Made by a program: the position numbers and the translations under genes. A stretch of DNA of 64,000 bases, taken from assembly GCA_035221665.1 (NCBI GenBank), contig CM069131.1, forward strand, positions 38,440,001 to 38,504,000, given 5' to 3'. Shown one piece after another: positions 25,596 through 38,697 of this stretch. Numbering within the stretch: the stretch's first letter is position 1; every line of letters begins with the position of its first letter. Below the pieces are notes generated by a model that saw only the letters and a list, made by a program, of their open reading frames with translations, was not told where the DNA came from and did not search any database. Origin of the DNA: Okamejei kenojei. Its lineage: Eukaryota.

Positions 25596-27559
25596 TCTTT
25601 GTTTTTATTTGATTTACCTGGAACGTGCTCATCATAAAATTTGACCTCGCATTTTGTCTTGTGATTCCTGCTTATGACCCTAATGTAATTTTTCCATCAG
25701 AGATGCTTGTTACTGTTGCAATATTCTTGCAGCAATTTAATTTGCTCTCCAATTGCATTAATATAATGCCATCACATACTTTCAATGCACTTTCATGCAA
25801 GGATTGGAACGTCAGATGCAAAAGCAAATGAATGGGACAAAAGGATAGGTAGCTATATTCTTCAAGTGAACATTTCCTTTATGAATTATATGGGACATCT
25901 GGGTACAAGTGAGTGTTATCGCTTTTTTGTTTGTTCTTATGTCTATGGGTCCCTACAATACAAAGCAATTTAATTTTCTTTGTCCGAGGTTCATGATTTT
26001 AATAAGGGCAAAGAGAAAGAGAACCATATCTATTTTCTACAGCTGATATTACTACACTCTACCTACCATTACTTATCTATAAATTAACAAACTGAGCTGG
26101 AAATAAATTGGGGAACATTTTTTTTATGAGGGGACCATTGTTGAAGCTGTGTAAAATACACAAAATTCTGCACGGATTCAGCATAATATACATTGCTCAT
26201 AGATGCTTGCTGTGAAGAGTGTAACTGTTTAACGTTATTAATCTTGTCATGAATTACACTTACATTAATCAGCAGGATAAATGTGCTGAACTGCACTGAG
26301 TCTTCACAGGCATTGTATGGATTTTAAAATTCTTGCCCTTGGATTCAGATTCCCCTTGTCACCTGTTCCGATAATGCTCTCCAGCCCAACAACCTTTCCC
26401 AACAACCAACCCCTTCCCCTTCCCCTTCCCCTTCCTCTTCCCATCCCACCCCCCTCCCACTGTCTCCTTACCCTAGTTTAGTGCTGATCTTGAATTCTGA
26501 CTAGGTGGGCCTACACATTCTCCCTTTCACTGGGTGGGTTTCCTTCGGGTACTCGATTTCCTGCCATATCTCAAATACATGCAAGTTGGAAGATTAGTTG
26601 TACAATGTCAAACTACATCTTGTGTCTATGTAAATTTGGAGAAGAAAAAATGAAAATTAATACAGAATTAGTATGTGGTTGCTTGATGATCAGTGTCAAA
26701 TCATCTTTAGATGTTTTTACGACGTTATAGGCCCTAGGTAAATATGTTACTGCTGTTGTTGAAACCCAAAGTAATCAACAGTCAGACTAAACAAGTAGTG
26801 AACAAACTCCTATCATTGTGTCATATGCCTCAATTTAATTGCTGTGAATATTTCATATTTCAGAAATTTACACACACGGTGCTCTCGCATTTATTCCACC
26901 TATGTAAGCCTGGAAGCTATTGTGATGTTAAATCTTGTAGCTTTGTATAAAACATGTCTCCTGTGATATAATTCTTATTTAAGCGTGGCTTTAGTAAGCA
27001 CAGCGCTTGAATGCATAATTGACTCCGAAATCCCAGCATGAAGAAGTGTGCTATGGCAACAGACCATTTACTAAAAATATTCTGAAAAACGATTTCAAAG
27101 AATAAAATGGAGAAAATTCACAGCGGTAAATTGTAGGGAGTAACTTTGCCACTGCTGTTAATTGCCTTGTAAATATTTGCAAACAACGTTTTATTGAAGT
27201 AAAGATTTAAAAGAGTGGACCGATTGTAATGAATGATAACAGGTCCTCTTCTGGGACTAGCACACAAAGAGTCGCCTGGCTTTTGCGCCATCTTGTCTTG
27301 TCTCCTTCCATTCATGTTATGATGCAGGAAAGTTCTACATTTTGTTGAATTTAAAACATGGCCAACTAATTTCCTAACTTATCAGTCTGCGAGCTGAAGT
27401 TTATGCAGAAAGCCTGGGAATCAACCGTTTCAGGGAAAGAGATAAATCTTGATCACTTCACATGAATAAATCCTATTTCAGCTCTGCTCCAGAGATCAAG
27501 TAGAAACAGTTCTGAGTGTTCTGGAGGATTGAATGGCTGACATTCGCAAGTCCACCGAA

Positions 27560-27690
27560 GATAGACACAAAATGCTGCAGTCACTCAGCGGGACAGGCAG
27601 CATTTCTGGATTGAAGGACTCTTGTCTGAAACAGTCTGAAGATGAGTCTCGACCCAAAACGTCACCCATTCCTTCTATCCAGAGAGGCTG
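27560..27690. mobile_element. Inverted pair of Penelope-type termini
   Basis: gatagacacaaaatgctgcagtcactcagcggg (-) followed by cagtctgaagatgagtctcgacccaaaacgtcacc (+). Confidence 0.6.
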
Positions 27691-30474
27691 GGGTTGAGGA
27701 GGAAGTGGTAGAGGTGGGGGCAAAGGAAGGGGACAATGGCAGATAAGAGATACAACACGAGGTACATGCTGGAGATGTGGTAAAGGGGTTGGGCTCTTGA
27801 TTGCAGATGTTCCCCACAGCTACAGCAAGGGAACCAACAGGGAGGGGATATAGCCCCTGCCCCCTTATCATTCAGTAATCCTATCCCATCAGCATAGGGA
27901 TGCAGCGGAGATATGGTTGTACAGGCAGCGGTGATCAGATTGTCTCAATGAATGGAAGAAGAACCCATGGTTGCAGTATTTTTGAAAAGCAACGGCCACC
28001 TACTGAGGATCTGCCAAGGTTATCAATGGCTCTGATCCAAGTACCCTCTGAACTATGGGCAAAGCATAAGAATCATGTGGGGCGAATGCGTTCAGACCCT
28101 GAGCATCAAGTGACTTTTAAAAAGGGTGCAGCTTTGCATTGTTTAAAACAGTATCGACTGGCCCCGGAGGCTGAAGAAGGGATAGCTATAGTCATAATAT
28201 CTTTATTACAACAAGAGTATTAGTGAAAACGCAAAGTCCATGTAATACTCCTATTCTGCCAATCCAGAAAGTGGGAAGACATAATGAATGGCATTTTGTC
28301 CTGGACCTGAGAGTTTTTAATAAAATAGTGATCCTTATTGCCCCCTTAGTACCTGACACCAATATTATTCTGTCATCTATACCAACGGAAACTAACACCT
28401 TTACAGTAGTTGACCTATGTTCGGCCTCTTTCTCTATACCGCTGCACAAAGACACCCAGTTCCTGTTTCCTTTTACCTATAAAGATCACCAATACACCTG
28501 GACTAGGTTACTCCTAGGGGTATACTGAAAGCCCAGCCGTATATATGGCAGCAGTGAAAAATGATCTTGAGGAAGGTCAATAATCAGAGAGGTCTACTTT
28601 GATCCAGTATGCTGATGACCTTTTGGTAACCTCTGTGACAGGTCCTGATTGTAAAGTAGACTCAATTAAATTGCTGCAACATTTGGCAGAAAGAGAGCAT
28701 AGAGTATCTCTGGAAACAATTTAGTTCTGCCAGTCTAGAGTACAATATTTGGGATTCCAGCTGCAGGAAGGCAGAAGGAGAATTGGAAGAGATAGAATAA
28801 AATCAGTAAACGTCCCAGTCCCAAAGACAAAGAAGGACATTCTCTCCTTCTTAGGCAAGGTGGGTTACTGCAGACAATGGATCCATGACTACAGGGAACT
28901 AGATGTAGCATTGCGTCCAGCCACCTTACAGACCGAGCCCTCCAGAGTAAAATGGACTGCAGAAAGAGACCAGGCGCTTAGAGATCTGAAGAACGCAATG
29001 GTTACCAATTTACCAAATTATGGATTACCAAATTTAAAAAGCCCTTTCAACTTTATCTAAATGAATTAAAGGGCTTTGCAACCGGGGTCCTGGCTCAAGA
29101 ACAGGGAGGGGGAAAAAGACCAGTAGCCTATTATTCCATGGCTTTACCAGCTATAGTAAATGGCATGCCAGCCAGCCTGCTTGCGAGCTGTAGCGGCAAC
29201 GGCTACAATGAAAGAAAAATCAATACCCATTGTTCTTGATCACCCGTGCGTAGTGACTGTTCCACATGCCATGATGTTCTTATTGAATTCTGCAGCCACA
29301 CAGCATTTCACAGCCACTAGAAGAACAGGATATGAAGTTATCTTTTATTGCATCCGAACTATACTTACCAATGATCGCCCGCTATAAACCCAGCTACCTT
29401 TGTACCACTGCCAGAAGAAGGATGTGACCATGATTGTCTATTGCTTGTAGAAGCCACTGCCACTCCTCGGCTGAACTTATAGAGTCATCTGATTGATAAT
29501 CCTGACCTCGTCCTATTTACTGATGGCTCTTTACATCGACCTAGCGATGACAGATTATTAGCAGGATATGCGGTGGTCACGCAACACTGTGTTGGAGGCA
29601 GATGCTTTACCATCTGGAACGTCTGCTCAGGCAGCTGAGCTGTGTGCCCTGACTCATGGCTGCATTTTGGCAAAAGATAAAAGTGCTAATATCTACACCG
29701 ATTCTCGCTGTGCGTTTGGGGTTGTTCATGACTTTGGCAGTTATGGAAAAATAGAGGGTTCATCACATCAACGGGAAAGACTATTACATATGATAAATTG
29801 GTCTTACATTTACTGGATGCTATCCAATTGCCACAGCAGATTGCAGTCATTAAATGCGAGGCTTATACATCATCGGATGATCAGCTGTTTACGCGGCCAA
29901 ACAGGTTGCACTCCGGCTAAATCTGATAAAGAAGCGGCTAAAATTGGGTCTGCGGCACAAAGAAAGCTCCCGGTTAGCATTGATGTAGCCCGGTTACAGG
30001 ATGACCTAAGCCTATCATCGTTCCTGGAAAAGAATTCCTGGAGCAAAGCAGGATGTTATCAAGACCCCATTGTCTGGGTCTACCCTGATGGTTGGGTAGT
30101 TTGCCCCAGGAGCTTATTATTGTCCCTGTCTCGCCTAGTCCATAGACTGTCTCACATGGGAAAAGGGGGGATGGCACAAGCATTGTCCCACCAATGGTAT
30201 GCACCAGGTATAACAGTCATAATTGATAAAGTGGTAAAAACATATTTGGTTTGTCAACAAAATAAAAAGAGGAAGACACCTGCAAAATTTGATCGCCTAC
30301 CACTACTTGAAATGCCTTTGGAGAATTTGCAAATTGATTTCGTACATATGCCCGCAGCAAAGGGTTTTAAGTTCACTCTGTTCATAGTTGATATGTTCTC
30401 CAGATGGGTCAAAGCACACCCCACAAGGAGTGTTGATTTTATGAAAAAATATTTTAATGAAAGAAATAATACTA

Positions 30475-30806
30475 ATGGCCCAGTCCCATGGTGCGAGTTC
30501 ATTCAAGAGCTCTCCCGAGTTTAAAAAAAAATCAAACTCGTGGTAAGCATGGAGAATGAACATAGCGGGTACGTCGGAGCTCGTGGACGTCTCTTAGCAG
30601 CTCGTAACGCTAACGGCAGGTACTCGGGAAGACACACTAACAGCAGGTAAGCTTGGGAAGACTCGTGAAGATTTTTCAACATGTTGAAAAATGTCCACGA
30701 GAGCCCTGAGTATCGACGAGCGGCCATTACCGTAAATCTCCGAGTTCGAATCAGGGCAAACTCGGGAGAACTCTTTGAATGAACTCGTACAGTAGGACAG
30801 GGCTTT
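30475..30806. mobile_element. PIF/Harbinger-type MITE inserted in the ERV integrase
   Basis: TIRs ggcccagtcccatggtgcgagttc / gaactcgtacagtaggacagggc. It splits the IN frame between KEII and RF.IP. Same family as 54840-55196. Confidence 0.8.
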
Positions 30807-30903
30807 TAGATTCAGAATACCAATGGGAATAAACAGTGATAAAGGAACTCATTTTACCTGTAAATTGGTTCAGAACCTGACTAAGGCTCTTGGGTTCCAG
30901 TGG

Positions 30904-31722
30904 AAACATAGAAACATAGAAACATAGAAATTAGGTGCAGGAGTAGGCCATTCAGCCCTTCGAGCCTGCACCGCCATTCAATATGATCATGGCTGATCAT
31001 CCAACTCAGTATCCCGTACCTGCCTTCTCTCCATACCCTCTGATCCCCTTAGCCACAAGGGCCACATCCAACTCACTCTTAAATATAGCCAATGAACTGG
31101 CCTCAACTACCCTCTGTGGCAGAGAGTTCCAGAGACTCACCACTCTCTGTGTGAAAAAGTCTTTCTCATCTCGGTCTTAAAGGATTTCCCCCTTATCCTT
31201 AAGCTGTGACCCCTTTGTCCTGGACTTCCCCAACATCGGGAATAATCTTCCTGCATCTAGCCTGTCCAACCCCTTAAGAATTTTGTAAGTTTCTATAAGA
31301 TCCCCTCTCAATCTCCTAAATTCCAGAGAGTATAAAACCGAGTCTATCCAGTCTTTCTTCATAAGACAGTCCTGACATCCCAGGAATCAGTCTGGTGAAC
31401 CTTCTCTGCACTCCCTCTATGGCAATAATGTCCTTCCTCAGATTTGGAGACCAAAACTGTACGCAATACTCCAGGTGTGGTCTCACCAAGACCCTGTACA
31501 ACTGAAGTAGAACCTCCCTGCTCCTGTACTCAAATCCTTTTGCTATGAAAGCTAACATACCATTCGCTTTTTTCACTGCCTGCTGCACCTGCATGCCTAC
31601 TTTCAATGACTGGTGTACCATGACACCCAGGTCTCGCTGCATCTCCCCTTTTCCTAATCGGCCACCATTTAAATAATAGTCTGCTTTCCTGTTTTTGCCA
31701 CCAAAGTGGATAACCTCACACA
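30904..31722 (-). mobile_element. Young CR1 3' fragment inserted in the ERV integrase
   Basis: ORF 31316-31723 reads CEVIHFG..RPHLEYCVQFWSP.. and the tail is (TAGAAACA)n. It splits IN between LGFQWK and HIPY..SSGMVER. Confidence 0.92.
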
Positions 31723-33709
31723 TACCATATCAACTGCCGTCCTCAGGGATGGTGGAGAGAGAAAATATGGAAATAAAAGCTACTTTGGCCAAAGCATGCC
31801 AGCAAAATAGGTTGTTGTGGCCAGACACCATGCCCATAGTGATGTAGCCCTGAAAAATCAGTAAAATAGAAACACGGGCCTAACACCTCACAAAATATTG
31901 ACGGGGCGACCTATAACAACAGGAACCTGACCCCCGATGACTCCTGAAAAGGTAGCCCTGATATGGAATGATGAAAAATCCTTAAGATATGCTCAAGCCA
32001 TGTGTGAAACATTAGTTACAATCTAGAAAAAAGTAAAACAGGCACAGGTCCCTCCAGCAAAAGGAAATATGCACCCGTTTAAATCACGAGATCAGGTTTA
32101 TGTGCGAGAAATAAACAAAGATTCTTTCTCTCCTAGATGGAAAGGACCATATTTGGTGCTGCTAACAACACGGACAGCAGTAAAAGTAAAAGTAAAACCC
32201 GATAAGATATATGCCATCAGATGTAAACTGCATCACTCAGACGGAACTCTCGAGGAAAAGGAAACGCAAGAGCCGTAACATTTTGTAGTGATAAAAAGTA
32301 TCAAATTGAAGACATATTCCTTATTAATTATCTTTGTAGCATTAAGTACTTATGGATATACTAACATTGTATGGGATCATAGAAGACATGAGGTTGAAGG
32401 GAGGCATCTAGATAGTTACGAGAAACAGGATGAAGGTAAAGGTCGGAGTATGAAATTCAACTAACAACTTTCACACAGAACATAGTGAACACACTACTGA
32501 GATAAACAGGCTTCCTTATATGAGAGGGTTGATGCGGATGTTGGGTTTGTGCTCAAATCCCTACCCATGCTGAAGGCGGTATCCCTTTGCGAGCTGTTCC
32601 ATTTATTGTGTCTGAGGTTGCTGAATGGTTAATTAGACACAACCATTCAAGAGAGCCCGGAGATGGGATGCGTCAGAGATGGTCCTCAGCAAGGTATCAT
32701 TTGTCTGTTCAAGGACTGGTTCAAACCAGATTATAATCGGACACATATGCCTCTATTTTTACTCCTAATTAACAAAACTATAATATAAGTGTTGATCATA
32801 AAGATCAACAAGGATGGAACTGTGGAAGAAAAAATTACATTCCTTTCTTACTTAATTTTGATTGGAATTAAACAAGGTAATGAAAGGGTGTGCGGATGTG
32901 GTAAATGGCATCCCTCATTGACCAGGTGCAGAAGAGGATCGTGAAAATAAGATTTAGACGCATTACCTCGTGTCTGGGAATACGTGGAGTGGTGAATGGT
33001 GAATGTAAACATAACAAAATTAGAACAGTGATAAGGAAGCCTGTTTTCTCTGTGGCAAGTTACAGTAGACCACCCTATTGCTAGTAGTGTAGAAATGTTG
33101 CAATAAATGGGGGTTTATGATTGGCTCGGAGAGGGGACAGTGGCGCGGCCTGCTTGAAAGATGAGATAGAATAATGTCAAGATCCCCTTGTATTATGTTT
33201 GATTTATATTAACCATCTGTTGTTGAATGAGATTAACATAAATAAAAAATAAATTATGACTAATTAAATAATTAATAGTCATGTAGTAGATGGTAGTTAT
33301 AGGAAAACATGTCGCCAAGGACAATGTATATTTTCGTATGGTTGTATTTAACAAAAAATAAAAGTTGTTTACTGCACAATATAATTGTTGGCTAATTCTG
33401 CTGTCAAGTCAGAGAACTGGTGAGCAGTTAAATGCTGTCGAAGCAAACCTCAAAGTCTCAGTTTTTCCTTTAATTTCCCTCTGAGAATTTCTTCCAGATA
33501 GAACAGAATGAATCATTCTCATAAGGCATCCTGCTGAATTGCCCCAAACCTTGAAGCTGTGGAAAACCCCCTGGGCTTGCTGTACATATTGGAGGTTATT
33601 AGCCTTTAGAGTAGGACCTAGTAAAAGGGGTAGAGAAGGGTATAAAGTCATTTTTATTACATCTATCAAATAATGAGGGGGTGGAATCAGGAATGTTTAA
33701 CTGTGAACC

Positions 33710-33960
33710 AGTGGTGGAAGGCTGCCGAGAACTATAGGATTAACAAACTTATCAAGAAGACTGGCTCCGTCCTGGGGGCGGAGTTGGATTCATGAAAAGT
33801 GGTCTTGCAGGGGAGGCTACTCCTCAAACTGAGGAGCATTCTGGACAATGCAGCTCACCCCATGCACCAAGATGCAGTACAGAACATCACAGGTGATCCT
33901 TCTTCCCTGTGGCTATCAAACTGTACAACTTTCCCTTCAATGCAGAGGTAAACTGACCCC
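33710..33960 (+). mobile_element. Rex1-type LINE 3' fragment
   Basis: Translates to RINKLIKK.GSVLG.ELD..LLKLRSILDNAAHP..RSFFPVAIKLYN-like sequence. Confidence 0.6.
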
Positions 33961-34184
33961 CCTCACACCCCCCCCCCCCCCCCCCCCCCCAATCTTTGCA
34001 CATTCCCAATTTTTTCCAACCCGGTGATAACATACAAACTGCGTACAGACAGCACCCATACTCAGGATTGAACTCTGTCTCTGGCGCTGTAAGGCAGCAA
34101 CTCTGTGGTGCCTTCACGCCCACATTGGTATTGCATACAGCCCATCACCGCTGGTGACTCACCAGCCTCACGAGGTTAACCAGA

Positions 34185-36049
34185 TAACCATATAACAATT
34201 ACAGCACGGAAACAGGCCCTCTTGGCCCTTCCAGTCCGTGCCGACCATTTGTTTTCCCCTAGTCCCATCTACCTGCACTCAGACCATACCCCTCCATTCC
34301 CTTCACGTCCATATACCTATCCACTTTACTTTTAAATGTTAAAATCGATCCTGCCTCCACCACTTCTGCTGGAAGCTCATTCCACACAGCCACCACCCTC
34401 TGAGTAAAGAAGTTCCCCCTCACGTTACCCCTAAACTTCTGTCCCTTAATTCTCATGTCATGCCCTCTTGTTTGAATCTTCCCTACCCTCAATGGGAAAA
34501 ACGTATCCACGTCAACTCTGTCTATCCCTTTCATCATTTTAAAGACCTCAATCAAGTCCCCCCCTTAACCTTCTGCGCTCCAAAGAATAAAGACCTAACT
34601 TGTTCAACCTTTCTCTGTAACATAGTTGTTGGAACCCTGGCAACATTCTAGTAAATCTCCTCTGTACTCTCTCTATTTTGTTGACATCCTTCCTATAATT
34701 AGGCGACCAAAATTGTACACCATGCTCCAGAATTGGTCTTACCAATGCCTTGTACAATTTTAACATTACTTCCCTACTCCTATATTCAATGCTCTGATTT
34801 ATAAAGGCTAGCACACCAAAGGCTTTCTTTACCACCCTATCTACATGCAATTCCACCTTCAGGGAACTATGCACAGTTACTCCTAGATCCCTCTGTTCCA
34901 CAGCATTTCTCAATTCCCTACCATTTACCATGTACGTCCCATTTTGATTTGTCCTGCCAAGATGTAGCACTTTACACTTAACAGCATTCAACTCCATCTG
35001 CGATCTTTCAGCCCACTTTTCCAAATGGCCCAAATCTCTCTGTAGACTTTGAAAATCTACTTCATTATCCACAGCACCACCTATCTTAGTATCATCTGCA
35101 TACTTACTTATCCAATTTTCCACCCCATCATCCAGATCATTGATGTACATGACAAACAACAGTGGACCCAACACAGATCCCTGAGGCACCCCACTGGTCA
35201 CCGGCTTCCAACCTGACAAACAGCCATCCACCATTACTCTCTGACATCTCCCATTCAGCCACTGTTGAATCCATCTTGCTACTCCGCCATTAACACCCAA
35301 AGATTGAACCTTCTCAACCAACCTTCCATGGGGAACCTTGTCAAAGGCCTTACTGAAATCCATGTAGACAACATCCACTGCTTTACCCTCATCAATTTCC
35401 CTAGTTACCGCTTCAAAAAAATTCAAGAAGGTTTGTCAAACATGACCTTCCAAGCACAAATCCATGTTGACTGTTCCTGATCAGACCCTGTTTATCCAGA
35501 TGCTTATATATATTATCTCTAAGTATCCTTTCCATTAATTTTCCCACCACTGACGTCAAACTAATAGGTCTATAATTGCTAGGTTTATTCTTTGAACCCT
35601 TTTTAAACAATGGAACAACATGCGCAGTACGCCAATCCTCCGGCACTATTCCCGTTTCTAATGACATTTGAAATATTTCTGTCATAGCTCCTGTTATTTC
35701 TACACTAACTTCCCTCAATGTCCTAGGGAATATCCTGTCAGGACCTGGAGACTTATCCACTTTTATATTTTTCAAAAGTGTCAGTACTTCCTCCTCTTTG
35801 AATCTCATAGTTTCCATAGCTACTATACTTTTTTCCCTTACCTCACAGAATTCAATATCCTTCTCCTTGGTGAATACCGAAGAAAATAAATTGTTCAATA
35901 TCTCCCCCATCTCTTTTGGCTCTGCAGATAGCTGTCCATTCTGGTTCTCTAATGGTCCAATTTTATCCCTCGTTATTCTTTTGCTATTAATATAGCTGTA
36001 GAAACCCTTTGGATTTACTAATATAGCTGTAGAAACCCTTTGGATTTAC
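34185..36049 (-). mobile_element. CR1/HER1 LINE ORF2 RT fragment with 3' tail
   Basis: DKSPGPDRIFPR, NYRPISLTSVVGK, QHGF, MDFSKAFDKVPH, GVPQGSVLGPLLF, KYADD, WSPNYRKD. A 31-bp tandem duplication lies at the 5' junction (35988-36049). Confidence 0.93.
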
Positions 36050-36359
36050 CGTACGGTAACCTACAAAATGAATAATTAGAATGGACAGCAGCACTTCGGG
36101 TTGAGACCTTATACCTGGGCTGAAAGAATAGAGGGGAGAAGAGCAGAATGCCAGATAGCCAGTGTGTTTTTCTTTCCACATTGTAAATTATTAACTTTGT
36201 CCATTGATTTACAAAGTTTTTGTTTAGAAAAAAAATGCCATGAGCAATGGGACTTTAACAAATAAAATAAATGTAAAGTTTTTTTTCTGAAATACTGAAA
36301 CTTTTAAATAACATTTAGATTAAAAAAATTAGATATAATAATATTTATGCAAATATATT

Positions 36360-36605
36360 TGCCCTCTCTGCAGCCAAAACTTTCTCACATACCCATCAAC
36401 TCTCCTTGGATCCTCCTGCCAGTTACCTTCATGAAGAGGAAAAAGCTACTTCACCCACCTGCACATCCTCAGGATGTGGGGAGAAACCTGAAGCAAACCC
36501 ACGCGCTGAGCATATAAACTCCATGCATACAGCACTCATGATCAGGATCATACTTGTGATCCTGATGCTGTGAGGTAGCAGCACTAACTGACGCACCACC
36601 ATCAG
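36360..36605 (-). mobile_element. Old V-SINE/HE1-like SINE
   Basis: The reverse complement shows a tRNA-like head and the V-domain (gtatgcatggagttt..gcgcgtgggtttgcttcaggtttctcccca). Confidence 0.6.
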
Positions 36606-36942
36606 CACTTTCATTGTCAGAGTGGGTCAGTTTAGTTTATTTATTGCCACGTGTACCGAGGTATAGTGAAAAGCTTTTGTCGCGTGCTAACCAGTCAGCA
36701 GAATGATAAACATGATTATAAACTATCCATTTACAGTGTATTGATACATGATGAGGGAATAACGTTCAGTGCAAAGTAAAGCCAGCAAAGTCTGATATGG
36801 GTCAGATGGATTGGTAGGTTATTATCTAAATCCTATCTTCAAATGTTATGTCAAAGCCTTAATTTGGTTCTATTTTCATTTTGCCCATGAGAAAGTACTT
36901 CATACTTGAGGAAATTACTGATTTGCCATTCTTTCCTTTTTT

Positions 36943-37340
36943 TTGTACCAGAGCAAAACATTTGTGGATGCAGGATGCACAGATAATGATTCAAACAGGG
37001 TCCTCTCTGTAGGTCAAACAGTATTGCTTCCGCTTGCTGTTCGGCCTTACTTTTCTGTCCGAGACGAACTGGCCATTGAAGGCGGGTTTATCAAAAAGGT
37101 CCATAAGGCAGTGATCCTGGCTTCACTCCAACTGGAGGTGTGGGTTCTTATCCCACTTCTGATACCATGTGCAAAGTACTTATGATACAGAGTCATTATA
37201 TATCATAACAAGTTCTTTAATTTGGATACATACAGAGACCATCGAGATGAGTACTGTAGGCTCTGAATCGTAAGTTAAAACCTAAAAACAACATGACTGC
37301 CTGAATGCCACCAGGTGGTGATGGTGTGGAAAACCTGACA
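36943..37340. mobile_element. Gypsy LTR-retrotransposon relic: pol fragment (+, 36943-37140) joined to LTR + PBS (-, 37149-37340)
   Basis: LPLAVRPYFSVRDELAIEGG...HKAVI.ASLQ resembles the RNaseH-integrase linker. The minus strand reads TGTCAGG...TTGCACA|TGGTATCAGAAGTGGGAT (tRNA-Leu-type PBS). Confidence 0.6.
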
Positions 37341-38540
37341 TGGATAATAGTAAGATTAAACGAGAACTTACCAGTTCGAAGTTTGATCGTTATTTTATGA
37401 GGAGTAACGATGAGGGATTACGTGAAGAAGCCCCGCCTGGCGCTGGAACGGCATACTTCAAAGCAGCGGCATGAAAAACACAGAACGTAATAGCCGGAGT
37501 AAGATAGTAAGGCTCAACATAGATTTAGAACTACCAGATGATCATTTATTTTATGAGGGTCGGGAGTGGAGGGCACGTAATCCCTTATCGTTACTCCTCA
37601 TAAAATAACAATCAAACTTCGAACTGGTAAGTTCTCGTTTAATCTTACTATTTTACTTCGGAGTCACGTGAGTGACTACGTGAAGATTTTGAAGCTTTCT
37701 GTGTTTTTTTTATGTCGTAGACTCATTCCATACGACACTCTGGCTCATTCAACACAGTAATGAGCAAAATAACACATTTTTTCCTCCAAACATTGCCTCA
37801 CGTTATGTGATAAATTATTTCACATTATAAAAGAATAAAAGTAATGCCCTTTCCATTGAAAGGCAAGTTTATCACAAAATATCAATTGATATATATAATT
37901 TGATGGTATGAACAAAGCAACAATTATAGAGAACCCAACACTCCGTGTCCAATCCTGACACCATGACTGGTTCCATTTAATTTAATATTTATTTTACACC
38001 CTCCTGTGGCCTTGCATCTTTGCTCGAGCGGCTCATCCTGTGCCATTCCTGTGAATGTATCTACCCCCTTAACAGAGTGATTTTCCACATTTCAGTGTCT
38101 AGTTCCACTGAGTGTTATTCAATTTTTAACCATCTAGAATACATTTCGCTAGAACCATCAGTTTTTACAGAAACCTAATGTGGTTTTTTGTGTGTAATAA
38201 GTAGTGCTGTCTCATCACCACAGAGACTCTTACTTACTTCAACATATTTCATCAATGTTCACACACACACACACAATTTAAGGCCGACAGGATATGCTTA
38301 TAGGTTTACCTTGGTTTCAGCTCTTCTTGGTCTGCTTTGTTTGGTAAATTCATAAACATATATGATAATGTAATCTGTATCCACATGCAATTATAACGTA
38401 ATATTTGCAATGTTTGCACTCTTATGTTGATACTAAAGTCATCAGCATTATTACTTTCAATGTTAACTTTTTTGAATCATTGATAGAATTGGAGTCCATT
38501 GCCCAAGGCAATTCAGGACTATATTGATCTCCCGACTTAT

Positions 38541-38697
38541 NNNNNNNNNNNNNNNNNNNNNNNNNNNNNNNNNNNNNNNNNNNNNNNNNNNNNNNNNNNN
38601 NNNNNNNNNNNNNNNNNNNNNNNNNNNNNNNNNNNNNNNNNNNNNNNNNNNNNNNNNNNNNNNNNNNNNNNNNNNNNNNNNNNNNNNNNNNNNNNNN
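38541..38697. other. Assembly gap (157 N)
   Basis: Run of N. Confidence 1.

Larger units (their letters stand above)
27690..33120 (+). mobile_element. Decayed class I (gamma/epsilon-like) endogenous retrovirus: gag 3' end, pol (RT-RNaseH-IN) and env 5' part
   Basis: Gag Zn knuckle CWRCGK..WA.DC (27767-27804). RT: SPCNTPILP, FTVVDLCSA.FSIPL, QYTWTRL, IQYADDLL (YADD at 28608-28619). RNaseH: LFTDGS, SAQAAEL.ALT, NIYTDS. IN: H..SH, LQIDFVHMP, VDMFSRWV, SDKGTHFT, SSGMVERxN, PRWKGPY. Env-like CWVC at 32539-32550. Confidence 0.9.

Noticed and set aside
29568-30524. 318-aa ORF as an intact or domesticated integrase
   Set aside because: It is a chimera of shifted frames, lacks one Zn-finger Cys (KTYLVC) and runs into a MITE before the catalytic core is complete.
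33060-33400. Possible 3' LTR/PPT of the ERV
   Set aside because: No matching 5' LTR, no clear TG..CA boundaries, and no visible similarity to the solo LTRs.
37149-37167. tRNA-like sequence (and SINE heads elsewhere) as tRNA genes
   Set aside because: This is only an ~18-nt PBS, and the others are degenerate SINE heads. No complete cloverleaf.
37305-37322. CTCF-like motif GCCACCAGGTGGTG
   Set aside because: A single motif inside an LTR relic, with no independent support.
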